DNA of 64,000 nucleotides from Eledone cirrhosa (Eukaryota), in assembly GCA_964016885.1 (NCBI GenBank), contig OZ024741.1, forward strand, positions 181,722,001-181,786,000, read 5' to 3'. This document shows positions 56,976-64,000 of this stretch, one piece after another. Every line of letters starts with the position of its first letter. Position 1 is the first letter of the stretch. Both the position numbers and the translations under genes were made by a program. The notes under the pieces were generated by a model, which saw nothing but the letters and a program-made list of their open reading frames with translations, ran no database searches and was not told the DNA's origin.

Positions 56976-57367
56976 TAATAAATTATTTACTTGTTTTGAT
57001 ATGTTTGTTGTGTATGTTTTGGAGGAAACACAGTGTTTTAAAGCGGATTTGTTCTGTTGTTATTGTAGTTTTTATATAACAGAAAACAGTGTATTTCAAT
57101 AACCTTTCAGCTTGGCACAAGCTAATGCCGTAGCGGCGATGAATTAGTTTTGCGAGGTTTTTTTATATGAAATCGTGTGTCGAAACAAATATTGTTATAC
57201 TTGGGGAGGGTCATATTTGTGTAATAATATTGCCAGAATTAATAACAGAACACACTCACTGTTTGGTTGGTTTTCGCTTCTGTGTCTTTTATATCGGTTA
57301 ATTTAATTTATTCGGTCCTCAATGTTACCATTGACTGACACACGATTTCATATAAAAGACCTCGCAA

Positions 57368-57427
<60 letters not shown>

Positions 57428-57429
57428 TT

Positions 57430-57712
57430 GCATAAATACATACACATGTATGTAAGCTGAAACTATTTTTCTTACACGTGATGTTGACAGAGAAATACAA
57501 TGAGAGAAAGAGTCCTTGGTGAAAGACAGATAGATATCACCATAGTACTATACAGCAAGCGACATTTTCCTGCCGATATTTCCAACTTTCTTTTCAGCCT
57601 TGCGTGTTCGTTACTCGAGACATCATTCGTCGAACGAAACGGTTAATGACGGAAAATTTGTTCGTGAAAATTTGTTCATGATGAGAGGCATTCGCGAACC
57701 GAGGTTCCACTG
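57430..57712 (-). mobile_element. Tigger/pogo-like DNA transposon end
   Basis: TA|CAGTGGAACCTCGGTT terminus on the minus strand. The other end was not seen. Confidence 0.45.
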
Positions 57713-57865
57713 TACATCCATACACACACATACATACATACATACATACATACATACACACATACACACATACATACACACATACATACACACACACATA
57801 CATACACACATACATACACACACATATATATATATATATATAAACATATATATATATTATATATA

Positions 57866-57908
<43 letters not shown>

Positions 57909-57914
<6 letters not shown>

Positions 57915-58056
57915 TCTGAAGACCGCATATATATGTGTTGGTATGTATATTTAATTTTGATAGTTTGTATAATTTTGTATAATTTTGTACATAGATCTGT
58001 TGAATATGCATGCCAATTCTAACACATATATATCCTAGAAACGATCGTTAAATAAT
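57909..58056 (+). ncRNA. Type I hammerhead motif with a very long stem II
   Basis: attattt-CTGAAGA-[115-nt hairpin]-GAAA-cgatcg-TT-aaataat. Confidence 0.65.
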
Positions 58057-58256
58057 GAACTTTTTTTGTTTAATATAAGGAACTGTTTCATTGTTTTATT
58101 CATTATTTTTTTAATATTTTATCTTGACTCTGTATTCCGTTTATCTTTCACCGAAAGTGATATTTCATTGCATCTCTTCTTTCCATGATATCCGGATTAC
58201 ATTGAGTTCTTCATACGGATTGGACACTACCGTAAACTCTTGGTAGATTTATCTAC

Positions 58257-58287
<31 letters not shown>

Positions 58288-58342
58288 ATATATATAAATA
58301 TATATATATATTATATATATAAATATATACATATATATATAT

Positions 58343-58424
<82 letters not shown>

Positions 58425-58514
58425 TACATATATATATATATTATATATATATATATATAAATATATATATATTATATATATAAATATATACATATATATA
58501 TATTATATATATAT

Positions 58515-58600
<86 letters not shown>

Positions 58601-58623
58601 AATATATACATATATATATATTA

Positions 58624-58683
<60 letters not shown>

Positions 58684-58709
58684 CATATATATATATATTA
58701 TATATATAA

Positions 58710-60379
<1,670 letters not shown>

Positions 60380-60401
60380 ATATATATATATATATATATA
60401 T

Positions 60402-60460
<59 letters not shown>

Positions 60461-60461
60461 C

Positions 60462-60552
<91 letters not shown>

Positions 60553-60701
60553 TTTACACACACATACACACATATTTATATATATAATGGAATTAGAAGC
60601 TTTTAACGTATATTGCCCAAAGAAAGGAGTATAATATTAGGGCTATGAACCAATATAACGGAAAAATTGTGCATTATCAGCCTTATAATAATATGCACAT
60701 G

Positions 60702-60767
<66 letters not shown>

Positions 60768-60770
60768 TAT

Positions 60771-60807
<37 letters not shown>

Positions 60808-60868
60808 AATATATATATATATAAATAAATATATATATATATAAATATATATATATATAAATAAATAA

Positions 60869-60899
<31 letters not shown>

Positions 60900-60942
60900 T
60901 ATATATATATATATATAAATATATAAATAAATATATATATAA

Positions 60943-61007
<65 letters not shown>

Positions 61008-61008
61008 A

Positions 61009-61168
<160 letters not shown>

Positions 61169-61264
61169 GTGTATGTATGTTTGCGTGCGCGTGTGTGGCT
61201 ATATATGTATATATATATCAAGGGTTTGCACTAATATCAGCATATCATATTATAAATTTCTTTA

Positions 61265-61770
61265 ATATAATTGTTTCTTCTTTTGGCAAAAGGCCGCAAA
61301 TTTTCCCAGTGTATTACTGGTACTTTATTTTATCGATGAAAGGCAAAGTTAACCTCGACAGGATTTGACCTCAGATCATAAAGGACCGTAACAGTTTGCT
61401 GCAAAGCATTGCGTCCCACCTTCTACCGATACTGCCAAATAATATAATTGTTTCTACTTTTGGCACAAGGCCAGCAATTATCCATTGCATTACTGGTACT
61501 TGATTTTATTGACCCCATAAGGTTGAAGGGCAAAGTTAACCTCGGTGGGATTTGAACTCAGATCGTAAAGGGACGTAACTCTTTGTTGCAAAGCATCGCG
61601 TCCGACCCTCTAAATAATATAATACGCTGATATTAGTGCCCCTTTAGGTTCTGAGTTCAAATCTCGCCGAGATTAACTTTGCCTTTCATCCTTACGTTGA
61701 CAAAATAAAGTACCAGTAATGCACTGGCCTATTTGCTGGCCTTGTGCCAAAAGTAGAAACAATTATATTA
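61265..61770. mobile_element. SINE cluster (two - copies, one + copy)
   Basis: Same SINE core at about 61265-61440, 61445-61612 and 61638-61765. Confidence 0.8.
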
Positions 61771-62357
61771 TATATTCCTAATACTGCTAATGAAAACTGA
61801 AATTGTTCTTATTTCTTGATTTCTGGAAGCAATTAGATGAGATAGTAATCGATGGAAGACCTTCCCATCTACGGTATGAGTATACACACCTAATGGCTTA
61901 TGATTTATTTATTAAATTTATTTGTTTATTTACTATGTGTCTATGTCTGAGGATGTGAAAGCTAAAACATGAGTATAAGCCGTAATATTGATCTAAAAGA
62001 GGTAGCCTTATTAATCATTTAATTCAACAATACTTTAATCTTAGGAGGTGAATAGGGAATTGATGCTTTTAGCAACTCTATTTTACCTTGATATAAATTG
62101 AACGGAGGATTTCTCTGGGAGCTGCACGGTGCAACGCTGAAGTATCTTTGATCAGTCATTCCAGGAATGACAATAAGGCATGCATGGGATTGCATTATTC
62201 ATGTGTAATTTATAAATGTATAACGTATAAAGAGGACACTGTGATAAACAGGCGAAACACCAGAGTAACAAGAATCGTTATTTAGCATTAATAAAATGAA
62301 TATGAAATCCCTACTTCGGTACTGACTAATATTTTACCTCAGCCGTCTACCACATAG

Positions 62358-62470
<113 letters not shown>

Positions 62471-62477
62471 TCCCGAG

Positions 62478-62524
<47 letters not shown>

Positions 62525-62529
<5 letters not shown>

Positions 62530-62672
62530 TGTGAGAAAAACCACAAACCCCGCATCTCAGTTCTACTTTCGAAAAGCAGAAGAACTGCGAAACAGGTAAA
62601 CGAACCAAATAAATATATATTAAAAGAAAAAAAAAAGACTCCAGTTGCATTTTCGATTTCATCTTTTTTCCT
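62525..62672 (+). mobile_element. Solo copy of the U3-A8 HHR mini-element family
   Basis: Homologous to 29268-29420 and 24254-24407; the HHR is mutated. Confidence 0.65.
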
Positions 62673-62816
62673 CATATATATATACTCTCGGGAATTTTAC
62701 CCGCCCTAGATAGAGATATATATACTTTTTTATTAAGGCTTAGTAAAGTGAATTTTAAAACTCGGCATTGAGTGCTTTGGCATTCAGTGCTTTTTCCTCT
62801 TAGCTGTCAACCATAT

Positions 62817-62859
<43 letters not shown>

Positions 62860-62862
<3 letters not shown>

Positions 62863-64000
62863 CAGAGGAACCTTGGGAATACATACATTTCCCCTTGATT
62901 TCTCCAACAATAGTGACTTTATACGACTGACAGTTATGCGTGGGCCCTTATATAGACATGGTGGGTCCAATTTTCTGAAAAGGATGATGGGAGTTCCTGT
63001 CTTTAGTATCATTTTGTGTGGAAGAAGTCCACGGAGTTCCAGACTATTACAGAACTCTGCAAGTTAATTAACAGCTTCATCATTCCTTTCAATCTTGTCA
63101 ATGGAGAACCTTATGTATGAACCTTCCCATTGAGCGTATCCAGTAGGCATTGGTTGATCTGATTTACCATATTATTCTTTGATGTTAAAATTGTTCGCTC
63201 AAACAGCCATGATTGATTGATATAATTTGTGGTAACATTTGGATATACTTGATCAATTAGTTTATTTGCTGTATTGCAGATATTTCCAAATGTTACAGAT
63301 TTCCATCACCCGATGTAATTAGCTGTTTTGCAAAAGTATCAGTTTCTGTATCATTGTGAAACTGCACTCTCATGTTCGTCGTCAAGATTAATCGCTGGAC
63401 TTATTGCCATATATTTGAGACATTGAGGCAACCGTTTACAATATCAGCTCTTGTGCCTTTATGAACAACGGGGATAATCAGTCTGAAGTCACCAGCAAGC
63501 CCCATCGTTACTTCTCCCATAATTTCATTGCATCCTCTGATGTCGCTTAAAGAACGGTCAAGTGCTTCAAATAACCTTCTATGTGCCATTATCGCCTTCT
63601 CCGAAAGCTCTTCTTTTGACATGTTATTTTTCATATTGCCCGAAGGAGACTTTACTCTTATGACATTCAATGGCAACATGAATATTATTGTTTTGCCTCC
63701 ATGAAGTAAGGTAGCGGCAATAGCCAAGGGAATCTACTTTCGCTGTCTTACTTTTGCCAAAATGAGTTTTATAATGAAGGTTTTATCGGTTCCTCAGAGA
63801 GCATTCAAGAAGTAAAGGCCTTCTTCATTCTGGTTGATACTGTTCAAATTTTTCCATAAGCAATCCTTTGCTCTTCAGTTAGCTTTTCTTAATTTTCATT
63901 GACATATTGTGTAAGCTTTTTGATTTCATAGTTCGCCTCCCTTAATATATCCTATGATAAATGACATGTAACTGTGTCTTGAGGTTCTTGTAAACTGCAA
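62860..64000 (-). mobile_element. Degraded Helitron RepHel (PIF1-type helicase) fragment
   Basis: GTDKTF (Walker A remnant), AATLLHGGKT, EALDRSLSDI, AGDFRLIIPVV, LTTNMRV, LPHKMILKTGTPIILFRKLDPP. Multiple stops. Confidence 0.8.

Larger units (their letters stand above)
53062..57372 (-). mobile_element. Near-complete Penelope-like retroelement with direct pseudo-LTRs
   Basis: Direct repeats at 53062-53266 and 57131-57337, short inverted 5' tail at 57337-57372, RT plus GIY-YIG inside, (TA)n flanks. Confidence 0.9.

Noticed and set aside
63401-63727. Host PIF1 helicase gene
   Set aside because: Intron-less, riddled with stops and Helitron-type in its motifs.

Overview
AT-rich animal intergenic/intronic DNA. 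The dominant SINE and the (TA)n density suggest an octopus-type cephalopod (inference). No intact host gene is evident; most long ORFs in the track are microsatellite artefacts. The window is a transposon graveyard: a near-full-length Tx1/L1-like LINE inside a (TCTA)n tract (38.9-44.7 kb), a near-complete Penelope-like element (PLE; RT plus C-terminal GIY-YIG, 53.1-57.4 kb) and three more PLE fragments, R4/Dong, RTE, CR1 and Helitron remnants, many tRNA-derived SINEs and a 2.7-kb GGT/GTT/AGT minisatellite. The main hidden signal is about 25 intact or degenerate type I hammerhead ribozyme (HHR) motifs from roughly 10 sequence families, found by eye. Most lie in short non-coding fold-back or partial-tandem mini-elements embedded in (TA)n tracts. 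They include a U3-A8 core-covariant family, a U4C family, several long-stem-II motifs sharing an unpaired position 4, and a 561-bp tandem unit with one HHR per monomer. All structures were read manually and none has been folded or tested.
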